Assembly (NCBI GenBank): GCA_963767925.1
Contig: CAVYGB010000008.1
Location: 256,001 to 320,000, forward strand
Source: an uncultured delta proteobacterium
GTDB lineage: Bacteria; Myxococcota_A; Polyangia; Fen-1088
Length of the DNA: 64,000 bases
Direction of reading: 5' to 3'
In this document: one piece after another, positions 12,453-24,623 of the stretch
Layout: the number at the start of each line of letters is the position of its first letter
Numbering within the stretch: the stretch's first letter is position 1
Program-made: the position numbers and the translations under genes
Notes under the pieces: generated by a model
The model's input: only the letters and a program-made list of their open reading frames with translations
What the model was told of the DNA's origin: nothing
Database searches by the model: none

Positions 12453-13736
12453 CTAGGACTTCGGGGAGATGTTGATGGTGGCGGTCGGCATCTGGCGCAT
12501 GGCCCGCTCCCGGGCAACGCGCGCCTTCTTGGCCCGCAAGGTGTAGCGGTAGGTGAGGGTGTCGCTCGGCGGGATGACGGTCTCGGTGAACAGCCGGGCC
12601 GGATCTTCGAAGCGGTTGTCGACCCGCACCTCGAAGTGCAGGTGGGGCGGCGAGCGCCGCACCCCCGTGCGGCCGACCAGGCCAATGGTCTGCCCCGCGC
12701 GCACGATCTCGCCGGTGGCGACGAAGTAGCGGTCGAGGTGCATGTAGCAGGTCACCACCCGCTGAGCGGCCTTCTCCGGGTCGTTCAGGTTGTGGCGGAT
12801 GCACAAGTAGATGCCGCCGCGGCCCAGGTTCTGGTTGGCGTAGCGGGCGATGCGGGAGGGCGGGATGGGACCGTAGCGCACGTTGCTGATGAGGTTGACC
12901 CCGGCGAAGATCACCTTGCCGTCGGCGACCGCGCGGATGGGCTCACCCGGCGAAGCCACCAGATCGAGCCCCCGGTGGGTACGGGCGCCACGGTCGCGGT
13001 CGGCGCCGGGGCCGCTCGTCGCGACCCGGGGCGAGGCCTCGAGCGGGGGCACCACCGCCAGGCCGAAGGCGGTCAGCTTGGGCTCCTCGATCGAGCCCAG
13101 GTACCGCCGCAGCAGGCGGCGTCGCGCGGTCAGCACCATGTCCTCGGAGCCGCTGCTGTTGACCTGGTCGCCCCAGTAAAAGTGCGAGACGGCGCTGCGA
13201 TGATCGACGCCACCGAAGGCCAGATCGAGCGCATCGTGCTGCTCTTGCCACATGCGCAGCAGGCGGGCGCCCAGGCTCACGTTGGCCCGCGCGCTCAGCA
13301 GGTTGGCCGGCCGCCACTCGTCGTCGTGCACCGGCAGCTCGGGGGCGCCGGTGCGCAGGTACATCGAGGGCTGCAGCAACAGCAGGCCAAAGCCGCCGCG
13401 CGACTCCAGCTTGGACCGGCAGCGGCTGCGCTCGCTCGCCAGGGCCGCCAGCAAGAAGGGGTCGACGCCCGCCTCGCGGGCCCCCGCCAGGATCTCGTAG
13501 GCCGGGGTCTGTTCCACCGGCTTGCGACAGAGGTAAGCCACCGCCTCGCGGAACCGCTCGGGCACGATCTCCGGAGGGACCGCCGGCTCGTCGGGCCAGC
13601 GCTCCACGTCCAGAAGCTGATGAGCGGACGGAGGGGGGATGGGAGGCCGGCGCGGCCTCCACGGACGCTGCGCATTCGCCGCACCCCCCACCAGACCCAC
13701 CACCAGGAGCGTGAGTGTGCAAGTCAGCAGCCGCAC
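12453..13736 (-). CDS. exported M23 peptidase with N-terminal lytic-transglycosylase-like domain
   Basis: HRGLD and HLHFEVR M23 motifs; GVDPFLLAALA...GLL...NVSLGARLL SLT-like segment; signal peptide. Confidence 0.8.
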   Translation of the reverse strand: MRLLTCTLTLLVVGLVGGAANAQRPWRPRRPPIPPPSAHQLLDVERWPDEPAVPPEIVPERFREAVAYLCRKPVEQTPAYEILAGAREAGVDPFLLAALASERSRCRSKLESRGGFGLLLLQPSMYLRTGAPELPVHDDEWRPANLLSARANVSLGARLLRMWQEQHDALDLAFGGVDHRSAVSHFYWGDQVNSSGSEDMVLTARRRLLRRYLGSIEEPKLTAFGLAVVPPLEASPRVATSGPGADRDRGARTHRGLDLVASPGEPIRAVADGKVIFAGVNLISNVRYGPIPPSRIARYANQNLGRGGIYLCIRHNLNDPEKAAQRVVTCYMHLDRYFVATGEIVRAGQTIGLVGRTGVRRSPPHLHFEVRVDNRFEDPARLFTETVIPPSDTLTYRYTLRAKKARVARERAMRQMPTATINISPKS

Positions 13737-13853
13737 GTGTTCACCTTTATGCCGGAGAAGGTCCGGGCAGGTCAACAGAAGTAAGCGTCAATACCTTCGG
13801 CGCACCGAGGGTAGACCGCTAGCGTACCGGGTAATCCGAGGGAAGACGTTTCC

Positions 13854-14471
13854 CTAGGGAGGCAATCCGACGGGATCCGCGCCGGGCGGTGTCACCCCGC
13901 GCAGCCGCGCCCGTAGCGCCGGTTGAAACGTTCCCGTGGCGCCGTCGTGCACCAGCAGATCCACCGCGATGGGGCCCGTGCCAGGCGCATAGGTGGTGCG
14001 CACCAGGCGGGCCGGCGCGCTGCGGTTTTCCTCGATGACCACGCAGTTGGAAAAGTCGCCGGCCGGCACGGTCACGGTCCTGGCCACGGCGGCCACGGTC
14101 GCCGTCCCCCCGGTGATGGGCCACTGGGCGCCGAGCCGGAGCGGGCTCTTGAGCAGGAAGTCAGGTTCGCCGACCGCCGGGCCCGGTTCGCCCCGGATGA
14201 TGCCCGCGGGCGAGACCGCGTAGACGAGGCGCTCGTCACCCGCTTGCAGGGTCGCGACGTCCCCCTCCCGCTGCACGACGGCATAGATGGCGAGGATGCG
14301 CTCGTTGCCCTTCTCGATGTCGTACGCCCAGCGCCAGCCGGCCTTCAACGGGTAATATTGGCCCGCGTCTTCGGGGGGTGGTCCCGTCTCGGGACGTCCG
14401 GTCGGGCGCGCGGCGGCACAGGCAGCCACTCCCAGCGTCACAGCGATCGTCCCCCACCTCCCGCAACTCAT
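13854..14471 (-). CDS. hypothetical lipoprotein
   Basis: Lipobox-like LGVAAC; YYPL..GWRWAY and VTVPAGDF..C beta-rich pattern. Confidence 0.65.
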   Translation of the reverse strand: MSCGRWGTIAVTLGVAACAAARPTGRPETGPPPEDAGQYYPLKAGWRWAYDIEKGNERILAIYAVVQREGDVATLQAGDERLVYAVSPAGIIRGEPGPAVGEPDFLLKSPLRLGAQWPITGGTATVAAVARTVTVPAGDFSNCVVIEENRSAPARLVRTTYAPGTGPIAVDLLVHDGATGTFQPALRARLRGVTPPGADPVGLPP

Positions 14472-14600
14472 GTCGCCTTCGAGAATGCCGCAGGCCGGAC
14501 ACGACGGCAAACTCCCATTTGGGTGCCGGCGTCTTCAGAAAACTGAGGAGAAAACCTCCATCCCGGTTCGGCATCGGCCGATGCCACGGAGCGAGGGTTC

Positions 14601-14616
14601 TGGCGCGACCCTTGCT
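14601..14616 (+). promoter_or_regulatory. sigma54 -24/-12 promoter
   Basis: TGGCGCGACCCTTGCT, correct GG-N10-GC spacing, upstream of GGGAGG and ATG 14653. Confidence 0.75.
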
Positions 14617-14652
14617 AATTTCGGTGTCGACCGGGAGGCTCGAGAGCAGAAG

Positions 14653-15600
14653 ATGTTACGCACGCGCAGAAGGGTGGGGCTCGAGCGGCTGGCAGGAGTG
14701 CTGGCCGCGGTGGTGGTGGCGCTGTGTGTGCTCACCGGAGCGGCCTTCGCACAGCCGGGGGCGGCCGACCGGACGCAGCAGCTCGTGACCGAGAGCGCCC
14801 GCCTGCGCAGCGAGCTCGAGCAAACGAACGCCCAGATCTCCTCGCTCAAGCAAGCGGGCCCGGGTGTGCGTAACGACTACCGCTTGCGAAAGCGGCAGGC
14901 CGACGCCGAGGCGCTGGCCCGCCAGCTCACGACCGTCGAGGCGGAGCTGCGCCGCCGGCGGGGCCCCGCGCCGGCGCGTCCGCCGCTGCCCGCCTCGCAG
15001 GAGCTGGCCGAGGCCCCCGCCGCCCTCGAGGCCCGCGCCGACCTGCTGACCGACGAGGCCCGCCGACTCACCCAGCAGGCGAGCGGCCTGGTGCGCGCGG
15101 CGGGTGAGCTGCGCAACCGGCAGACCCTGCTCCGTCGGGGATCGCAGATCGAGCGCGATCCCTTCGCCAGCATGGACACCTCCAAGCGCTTCATGGTCCT
15201 GCAGGGCGCTGGCCGGCCTGAAAACACGAACGGGCGAGGCGGGGCACCCGTCAACCCGCCCGTCGTCCCGCCGCAGCCGCAGCCGGTCCCGGGCAACCCC
15301 AGCCCCCCGCCCGCCACCTTCACCGGGCCAGCCCAGCCGGGGCAGACCGGCCAGCCGGGCCAGGCCCCCGAGGTGGTGACGACCTCCGCGCCGTCCGACG
15401 CCCGTAACTCGGGGGCGCCCACCACGCGCGCCCTGCTCGATCCCGGGGTGGCGGCCGAGCTCGGTCGCATCGAGCGCGCCACCGGCAAGCCACTCAGTGA
15501 GATCGAACGGCTGGATCGCGCGGCGAGCGCGCTCAGCACGCGGGCCCGCAGCCTCGAGGCCGAGGCGCAGGCCCTGCGCAGCCGGGCCGCCAAGCGCTGA
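14653..15600 (+). CDS. exported coiled-coil protein with Pro/Gln-rich linker
   Basis: Signal peptide ending AFA; helical heptad-like segments; PVVPPQPQPVPGNPSPPP linker. Confidence 0.7.
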   Translation: MLRTRRRVGLERLAGVLAAVVVALCVLTGAAFAQPGAADRTQQLVTESARLRSELEQTNAQISSLKQAGPGVRNDYRLRKRQADAEALARQLTTVEAELRRRRGPAPARPPLPASQELAEAPAALEARADLLTDEARRLTQQASGLVRAAGELRNRQTLLRRGSQIERDPFASMDTSKRFMVLQGAGRPENTNGRGGAPVNPPVVPPQPQPVPGNPSPPPATFTGPAQPGQTGQPGQAPEVVTTSAPSDARNSGAPTTRALLDPGVAAELGRIERATGKPLSEIERLDRAASALSTRARSLEAEAQALRSRAAKR

Positions 15601-15672
15601 TCCGGACCGCTCCGCGCGACCGGGGGTCGCGGGAATCGCCTTTGGCGGAACCCCGATAGTAAGATGCCGCCG

Positions 15673-16830
15673 ATGCGGCTTCGTGCCGTCGCGCTCGTGG
15701 CCGTCTCCGTCGCTGCCCTCGGGGCAGGGGCCGGCGTCGTCGGTCCTGGTAGGCCCGCCCGGGCCGGCGAGCTCCTCGGCTACGGGCTGCGCCTCGAGGC
15801 GGGGGTCGAGCACGACAGCAACCCGGCCCGACTCGAGGAGATCTCGGGCGTGCCCTCCCGGGTCATCGAGGGCTCGCCGGCCCTCCGGCTGGTCTCCTCG
15901 GCCGACCTGGCCGCGGCCCTCGGGCAACAGGTCCTCAGCCTCTCGGGCGGCCTGGCGGCCAAGCGGTTTCTGCTCGCCGAGGCCCAGCCGGAGGACCTCC
16001 TCATCGCCGAGGCGCGGGCGGCCACCCGCTTCCGGCTGGGGCAACGCTGGGGGCTCGGGCTCGGCGCGGGCTACTACGACGTCTACCAGCGGGCCGACGG
16101 CCTCGGGGACGCGCGCGACTTCCGCTCCTTCACCCCGACCTTTCGCCTCGACGGCGAGCTGGGCGGCGCAACGTTCGGGGTCGGCGGCGGCTGGCGCTGG
16201 TTCACCTTCAAGCCCGAGCCGGCCTTCGACTTTCACGGCCCCACCGTCCTGCTGGCCTACCACCAGAGCCTGACGGGAGCGTCTGCCGACGTGGCCAGGC
16301 CGGCCGCCCAGTGGGATCTCGCGGCCGGCGTCAGCCTGGAGGATCGGTGGTTCCAGGTGGGCCGATGCCTGTCGCTCCAGAGCTGTCCTCCGCCCGAGGG
16401 GGCCCGCCCCCGCCGGGACCGTTTCTGGGGCGCCCACGTCGACGCCAGCCGCACCGGCGCCTTGCTGCTGGGGGCCGGGCTGATGTTCGGCTTCAACGAC
16501 TCGAACAGCTATGGCGAGAGCCTGTGGCGCCTGACCGCGTCCGGGCGGGCGGTGCTGCTCCTGCCCTGGCAGCTCTCGCTCTCGGCCCGGGGCGAGCTGG
16601 TCGTCACGCGCTACCGGGACGCGGTCCCGGTCGGCTACGACGCCATGACCGGGACCTTCGTCAGCATCGAGGACGAGGGACGTAGCAACCTGCGACTCGA
16701 GCTGGTGTGGCCTCTCGCGCCGGTCGAGGTCGGGGCCCGTTACACGTTCTACGGTCAGACGCCCAGCGCCGGTCCGGTCGAGTTCCGGCGCCAGATCGTC
16801 CTGCTGTACCTGGCGGTGGCCTACCCCTGA
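15673..16830 (+). CDS. putative outer-membrane beta-barrel protein
   Basis: Signal peptide, GVEHDSN start motif, alternating aromatic strands, C-terminus LYLAVAYP. Confidence 0.65.
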   Translation: MRLRAVALVAVSVAALGAGAGVVGPGRPARAGELLGYGLRLEAGVEHDSNPARLEEISGVPSRVIEGSPALRLVSSADLAAALGQQVLSLSGGLAAKRFLLAEAQPEDLLIAEARAATRFRLGQRWGLGLGAGYYDVYQRADGLGDARDFRSFTPTFRLDGELGGATFGVGGGWRWFTFKPEPAFDFHGPTVLLAYHQSLTGASADVARPAAQWDLAAGVSLEDRWFQVGRCLSLQSCPPPEGARPRRDRFWGAHVDASRTGALLLGAGLMFGFNDSNSYGESLWRLTASGRAVLLLPWQLSLSARGELVVTRYRDAVPVGYDAMTGTFVSIEDEGRSNLRLELVWPLAPVEVGARYTFYGQTPSAGPVEFRRQIVLLYLAVAYP

Positions 16831-16857
16831 GGGCCTGCCAACCGCGCCGGGCCGGAG

Positions 16858-18342
16858 CTACAGATCGAGGTTGTAGCCGACGCCGACGCTGACCCCGAAA
16901 TACTGATCGAGCGCGCCGCCAGCGATGCGGCCGTTCGGGGGGGCGAGGTTCGGGGTGAAGGCGAAGGCCACCCGGCGGTAGTCGGCGCCCAGGCGCAGAT
17001 CGAAGCCCTTGGCGAAGCCGAGCGGCATGGTCATGGCGGCGAACACCTCGCCGGCCAGGGCGTTGCCCCCAAAATATTGGCCCGGGTCGAGGATGTCGCC
17101 AGCGCCCAGCGTGTGCAGGTAGGCCGCGCCGGCCGAGATGGCGGCGCCGCTCGCCAGCGGCAGGCGAACCCCCGAGCCGATGCGGATCTGCTGGTAGGAG
17201 ACCGGCGCCACCTGGATGCGGGTCGCGTCGGTGGCGAAGTTCTGGATCTCGAAGACCTTGGCCACGTAGCCCAGCATCGGCTCGACCTGCAGCCCGACGA
17301 CGTCGAAGCGGCCCTTGGCCCCCAGCGACCAGTCGTAAGCGGTGGTCTTGTAGACGCTGCCCTGCGTGTCCTTCGACCCGGCGATGGCCCGGTTGTAGGT
17401 GAGGTTGCCGGCCAGGTAGGGCATCGCGAAGTATTCCAGGGCGAGCCCGGGGGCCGGAACCAGCGGCAGGTTGTTGTAGCGCTGCTCGGGCGCCTGATAG
17501 CCCTGCTGCGTCCCCCGCACGTTCTGGTTGTAGCGGAAGTTGCGGGAGAACATGCGCATCACGAAGGCCACGTTGAGGCCGGTGCTCCCGGGCGCTTTCT
17601 CCGTGGCGGTCGCCTTGGCGGGGGGCGCCTCGGCCTCCACGTCGGCGTCGGCCGGCGACTCGCTCTCGCTGTCGCTCGCCTTGGCCTCGGCGGCGGGCTC
17701 GGCGGGCGCCTCTTCTTCTTTTTCTTCCTGCGGGGGGGCGCGCTCGGGGGCCGGCTCGGCCGCCGCCACCGCCGCCGGTGCCGCGTCGGTGCCCGGCGAG
17801 AACACCGGACCTTCACCCCGGGCGTTGCGGGCCACCGCCGGAGCGCCGCGGGCGTTGCCCACGATCCCGGCCAGGCGAGGACCACCGCCACCGCCGATGT
17901 TGCGGATCAGGCGGGCCATGTTCATGCCCTGGAAGGGCGCGTTTCCGATCACGCCGCCGTCGGCGCTGCGCACGACGATACGCGCACGCGGCCGCCGGCC
18001 CGGCATCACGGTGCCGCCCACGAAGGCGTTGACCTTCAGCTCACGGGCCACGGCGGTGTAGTTGTCCGAGGCCCGGATCAGCCCGAGATCGGCCTCGACC
18101 ATCGCCACCTTCTTGGCCGCCACCACCTCCACCCGCGACTTGAGCAGCGCCCGGACGACCGCCAGCCGGACCTTCTCCGCATTGGGACCCTTGAACAGCT
18201 CGACTACCACCCGGGGCTTCTGCTGGGCCGAGGCCGGGCTGACAAGGCCCGACCCCAGGAGGATGGTCGAGGCGATGAATGAAACGAAAACGGCCTTCCA
18301 CGAGGGTCTCATCTGCGCTGCCATGGGGTCCTTTCCTGCCAC
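16858..18342 (-). CDS. exported protein: N-terminal alpha/beta domain, acidic Pro/Ala/Glu linker, C-terminal beta-barrel
   Basis: Signal peptide (ASAQ), low-complexity linker, C-terminal strand FGVSVGVGYNLDL. Confidence 0.7.
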   Translation of the reverse strand: MAGKDPMAAQMRPSWKAVFVSFIASTILLGSGLVSPASAQQKPRVVVELFKGPNAEKVRLAVVRALLKSRVEVVAAKKVAMVEADLGLIRASDNYTAVARELKVNAFVGGTVMPGRRPRARIVVRSADGGVIGNAPFQGMNMARLIRNIGGGGGPRLAGIVGNARGAPAVARNARGEGPVFSPGTDAAPAAVAAAEPAPERAPPQEEKEEEAPAEPAAEAKASDSESESPADADVEAEAPPAKATATEKAPGSTGLNVAFVMRMFSRNFRYNQNVRGTQQGYQAPEQRYNNLPLVPAPGLALEYFAMPYLAGNLTYNRAIAGSKDTQGSVYKTTAYDWSLGAKGRFDVVGLQVEPMLGYVAKVFEIQNFATDATRIQVAPVSYQQIRIGSGVRLPLASGAAISAGAAYLHTLGAGDILDPGQYFGGNALAGEVFAAMTMPLGFAKGFDLRLGADYRRVAFAFTPNLAPPNGRIAGGALDQYFGVSVGVGYNLDL

Positions 18343-18364
18343 TTCCCGGCCGAGGCGGGATCAT

Positions 18365-18407
18365 CGGGAGATCAAACATGAGATCTCACGGGAGATCTCA
18401 CGGAGAT
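18365..18407. repeat. 12-bp-period array containing palindromic GAGATCTC
   Basis: CGGGAGATCAAA CATGAGATCTCA CGGGAGATCTCA CGGAGAT. Confidence 0.6.
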
Positions 18408-18568
18408 GGATCCCCCACTTCTAGCGATGGGGCTCAAATAGTGTCAAGGAACATCGCGAAAGGCTTGAATTTTTAACAGATCTCCGGTTCGCTCAGCGCG
18501 GCTCCGGGAAGGTCCGAAATCTGCATTGACTTGGCGGGGCAGGAGCCCAAAATGAAGCTCCGAGTTGA

Positions 18569-20422
<1,854 letters not shown>

Positions 20423-20426
20423 TCCC

Positions 20427-21698
20427 GTGGCGGCCCTGGACCGCCGGCTGCTCGCCCTCTGGCTCCTCTCGCGGGCGTTCGTCCTGGGGATGACCGCCCT
20501 CTACTTCGAGGGGGACTGCGGCACCTACTTCCGGCAGGGCGCGGCCTGGTTGGCGGGTGGGGTGCCTTATCGCGACTACGTGGTGGAATATCCGCCGGCG
20601 GCGCTGGCCCTGTTCACCGCTCTGGCCGCGGTGGGCAGCTTCCCCGCCTTCCGGGTCGCCTTCGCGGTCACGATGTTGCTGCTGGACGCGGCCTGTTTTC
20701 ACCTGCTGGCCCGCCAGCGCCGCGAGGGACCCGCGCTCCATCTGGCCGCCTACCTGGCCGCCACGGCCCTGCTGTTTCCCGTCCTGTACGTGCGCTTCGA
20801 CCTGGTCCCCGCGGCAGCGACCCTCGCGGCCTGGATCCTGCTCGAGCCGGTGGCCCGCGCCGGCGGGGAGCTGTCCGGGCGGCGGGCGTTCGCGGGCGGG
20901 GCCTTCCTGGGGCTGGGGATCGCCTGCAAGCTCTACCCCCTCCTGCTGGTGCCGGTCCTTCTGCTGAGCGGCCGGTCTCGGGCCCGGGCCCTCGTCGCCC
21001 TGATCCCGGCCGGGGGCGCGGCCCTGCTTGTCGTCGCCCTCAGCTTCGTCCCCGTGCTCGTCGCCGGGGCAGGGCGGGCGGCGCTCTCCTTCCTGCGCTA
21101 CCAGGGCGAGCGGGGCCTGCAGATCGAGAGCAGCTACGCGAGCGTCCTCATCGTGCTCCAGGCCATCGTCCCGCTCGGCCTGCGCCACGAGGTCAGCCAC
21201 CACGCCCACGATCTGGCGGGACCCCTGGCCGACGCCATCGCCCCCTGGACGCGGCCGATCCAGGTGGTGGCGGTGCTGGCCGTCTCGTTCCTCGCCGGCC
21301 GCCGCCAGCAGGCCCTGGCCCGGGCGGGCGCGGCCGTCCTCGCGATCGCCCTGGCCAGCGCCAACGTGCTGTCGCCGCAGTTCCTGCTGTGGCTGATCCC
21401 GCTGGCCGCCCTGGCCCTCGCCGGTCTTCCGGACCGGACGACCGCCGCGATGCTGGTGGCGGCGGCTGGGCTCACCGCCCTGGTCTTCCCCGCGCTCTAT
21501 CCCGAGCTGCTCGCGCTGAGGGTGCAGGGAGCCCTGCCGCTGCTGGTTCGAAACGGTCTCCTGGTGGCGCTGGCTGTGAGGCTATGTGGACCGGGCGGTT
21601 ACCGCGGCCGGACTTGCCAGGCGCCGTTACATGCCACAAGCAATACATGTACCACCCGGCCAAATCAGCCTTTACCCCGGGAAGAGCGGGGCCTATAA
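20427..21698 (+). CDS. GT-C fold glycosyltransferase (GT87/DUF2029-like)
   Basis: PYRDYVVEYPP, RFDLVP, KLYP, RGLQIES, VLSPQFLLWL; polytopic membrane protein. Confidence 0.8.
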   Translation: MAALDRRLLALWLLSRAFVLGMTALYFEGDCGTYFRQGAAWLAGGVPYRDYVVEYPPAALALFTALAAVGSFPAFRVAFAVTMLLLDAACFHLLARQRREGPALHLAAYLAATALLFPVLYVRFDLVPAAATLAAWILLEPVARAGGELSGRRAFAGGAFLGLGIACKLYPLLLVPVLLLSGRSRARALVALIPAGGAALLVVALSFVPVLVAGAGRAALSFLRYQGERGLQIESSYASVLIVLQAIVPLGLRHEVSHHAHDLAGPLADAIAPWTRPIQVVAVLAVSFLAGRRQQALARAGAAVLAIALASANVLSPQFLLWLIPLAALALAGLPDRTTAAMLVAAAGLTALVFPALYPELLALRVQGALPLLVRNGLLVALAVRLCGPGGYRGRTCQAPLHATSNTCTTRPNQPLPREERGL

Positions 21699-21748
21699 CA
21701 ACCACGGTGCCCGAGATCGATAAATGACACAGCGTGCGGGGTGAACTG

Positions 21749-23249
21749 ATGTCAATGGAGATCAAACAACACCTCAAGCTGTCGCAGCAGCTCGTCATGA
21801 CGCCTCAGCTGCAGCAAGCCATCAAGCTGCTGCAGCTCTCCCGGATGGAGCTGGTCGACATGATCCGGGACGAGATGCTGGAAAACCCGGTCCTGGAGGA
21901 CTCGGTCGAGTCCCAGGCCGAGCAGCAGAAGGCGACCCCGGCCGAGCTGGCCGCCGACACCCAGGCCGAGCGGATCGGCGAGACCGATAGCCCGGTCGGC
22001 GAGCCGCTTTCCGAGAAGATGATGGAGACCACAGCGGAGGTGAAGGCCGACACCCGCTCGGACGAGGCGGTCAAGGACTTCGACTGGGAGGCCTACCTCG
22101 AGAACCAGGCCTCCAGCCCACCCCTGCCGTCTTACCGCGCCAACTCCGACGACCTGCCCTCGCTGGAATCGACGCTGACCCGCGGCACCTCGCTGTTCGG
22201 CCACCTCGAGTGGCAGATCAAGCTGGGCCACTTCGTCCAGCAGGAGGAGGCGGTCGCGCTCCTCATCATCGGCAACCTCACCCCGGACGGCTACCTGGAC
22301 CAGCCGCTCGACGAGATCGCCGAGGAGGCCAGCGTGCCCCTCGAGTTCGCCGAGGCGGTGCTCGAAGAAGGTGCAGGAGCTGGACCCCCCGGGCGTCGCG
22401 GCCCGCAACCTGCAGGAGTGCCTCCTGCATCCAGGCCAAACACGTGGGGGCCGACGACGACGTCGTCATCGGAATCATCACGCGGCACCTCGGGAATCTG
22501 GAGAAGAAGAACTACGGCGCGGTCGCCAAGGACCTCAACCAGCCGCTCGACGAGATCTACGAGGCGGCCAAGGTGGTCATGGCGTTCGACCCCAAGCCGG
22601 GACGCGCCTACACCGACGAGGATCCGGCCTACATCTCCCCGGATGTGTTCATCCACAAGGTCGGCGAGAAGTACTTCGTGGTGGCCAACGACGACGGCCT
22701 GCCGAAGCTGAAGATCTCCGACTTCTACCGCGCTGCGCTGCACGGCGGGCGCCAAGGCCAAGGAGTACATCCAGGAGCGCCTCCGGAGCGCGCAGTGGCT
22801 GATTCGCTCCATCCAGCAGCGCCAGCGGACCATCGTGCGGGTCACCGAGTCGATCCTCCGGTTCCAGCGGGAGTTCTTCGACAAGGGCCCGGCCTACCTG
22901 CGGCCGCTCATCCTCCGGGACGTGGCCGAGGACATCGGGATGCACGAATCGACCGTGTCGCGGGTCACCACCAACAAGTACGTCCACACCCCGCAGGGGC
23001 TGTTCGAGCTGAAGTACTTCTTCAACTCGGGCATCGCCCGCACCGACGGCGACGACCTGGCCTCCGAGGCGGTCAAGCTGAAGATCAAGCAGATCATCTC
23101 GCGGAGAGGACCCGCGTCACCCACACTCGGACCAGAAGATCGTCGAGCTGCTCGCCGACCAGAGCATCGAGATCGCCCGCCGAACTGTTGCGAAGTACCG
23201 CGAGCAGCTTAAGATCTTGTCGAGCAGCAAGCGCCGACAAGTGTTTTAG
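21749..23249 (+). CDS. rpoN: RNA polymerase sigma-54 factor, about 4 apparent frameshifts
   Basis: [26 protein letters not shown]; terminal RpoN box [11 protein letters not shown]; pieces lie in alternating frames. Confidence 0.95.
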
Positions 23250-23310
23250 AAATCTCGGCCTCCCCCCGGCTGCCGGCGCTCGTGCTGCCGAACCAAGGAG
23301 GCACGCCCGG

Positions 23311-23988
23311 ATGCACCTGGCCACCACGTTCCGCCACATGGATGTCTCGCAGGCTGTGAAGTCCTACGCCGAGGAGCGGCTGCAGAAGATCCGCAAGTAC
23401 TTCCAGGGCGACCCCATCGCGGCCCACGCGATCTTCGCGGTCGAGCGCAACCACAACCACATGGCGGAGTTCCAGATCACCCTGCCCAACGGCATCGTCA
23501 TCCAGGCCCGGGAGACGACCGAGGACATGTACTCCTCGATCGACCTGGCGGGGGCCCGCATCGAGCGGCAGGTGCGCAAGTGGAAGGACAAGATCCGCGA
23601 CCACAAGCCCCACGGCGGGCCCAGCTTCTCCATCCGCCAGCGGGTCATCGAGTCGGGTCCCTTCGAGCCACGGCCCGGTCGGGTGACGCTGGCCCGGGGT
23701 GGCCGCCTGACCCGGGGGCGGTCCCCGGGGTCGGCCCGCACCGACGGTCAGAGCGCTCGCCTGAGGGCCGCGGTGAGCCCGCCACCGGCACCGGCGATCA
23801 AGGTCATCCGGGAGCAGACTTTCACCGTCCGGGCCATGCGGGTTGACGACGCCGTCATGCAGATGAACCTGGTTGAGAACGAATTCTTCGTCTTCCTGGA
23901 CGTAGACACGGAGGCGGTTTCAGTCGTATACCGCCGCAAAGATGGCAACTATGGGCTCATCGAGACCGGCGCCCGACTACCCGCCTGA
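23311..23988 (+). CDS. hpf: long ribosome hibernation promoting factor
   Basis: TFRHMD...EDMYSSID..IERQ plus C-terminal VVYRRKDGNYGLIE. Confidence 0.93.
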   Translation: MHLATTFRHMDVSQAVKSYAEERLQKIRKYFQGDPIAAHAIFAVERNHNHMAEFQITLPNGIVIQARETTEDMYSSIDLAGARIERQVRKWKDKIRDHKPHGGPSFSIRQRVIESGPFEPRPGRVTLARGGRLTRGRSPGSARTDGQSARLRAAVSPPPAPAIKVIREQTFTVRAMRVDDAVMQMNLVENEFFVFLDVDTEAVSVVYRRKDGNYGLIETGARLPA

Positions 23989-24142
23989 GCCGGGCTCGCC
24001 CGAGCCGGGTCCCCCCGTGCTCGGGCCACCCGGGATCGGGCCGTCCAGAAGCGGCCCGCCCGGGATTGGATCGCCCGCCGGAAACATCGGCGCTAACGTC
24101 TACCGGCGCACTTACCGATAAGACTTAGCAGAACCTGCCGCG

Positions 24143-24604
24143 ATGAAGGTCGTCGATTTCCTCCGTCCCGAATTGGTGATCGCTCAGCTGGGATCGTCGG
24201 CCAAGAGCGATGTCCTGGCCGAGATGTCGCGACACCTGGCCCGCCATCAGAAGGGCATCGATCCAGCCGCCCTCCGCAAGGTGCTCGAGGAGCGGGAGCT
24301 GCTCGCCTCGACCGCCATCGGGGACGGCATCGCCATCCCCCACGGCAAGCTCGACTCCGTCGATCAGCTGGTGGGGACCCTGGGCCGCTCGGTGGCGGGC
24401 CTGGAGTTCGACTCCATCGATGGCAAGCCGACCCACCTGGTCTTCATGCTGGTGGCGCCCTCCAGCTCGACCGGGATCCACCTCAAGGCGCTGGCCCGCC
24501 TGTCGCGGCTGTTCCGGGACGCGGACTTTCGCCGCCGCCTCATCGAGGCCAGCGACGCGGCGGCCATGTACCGCGTGATCTCCGAGGAAGACGCGAAGTA
24601 CTAG
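24143..24604 (+). CDS. ptsN: PTS EIIA(Ntr)
   Basis: ERE..STAIGDGIAIPHGK, HLKALARLSR. Confidence 0.92.
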   Translation: MKVVDFLRPELVIAQLGSSAKSDVLAEMSRHLARHQKGIDPAALRKVLEERELLASTAIGDGIAIPHGKLDSVDQLVGTLGRSVAGLEFDSIDGKPTHLVFMLVAPSSSTGIHLKALARLSRLFRDADFRRRLIEASDAAAMYRVISEEDAKY

Positions 24605-24623
24605 ACCCAGGAGGGCCTGTTCA

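Noticed and set aside
22210..23988. 592-aa RpoN-HPF fusion ORF
   Set aside because: Artefact of rpoN frameshifts; hpf has its own AAGGAGG RBS and ATG at 23311, and rpoN ends at TAG 23249
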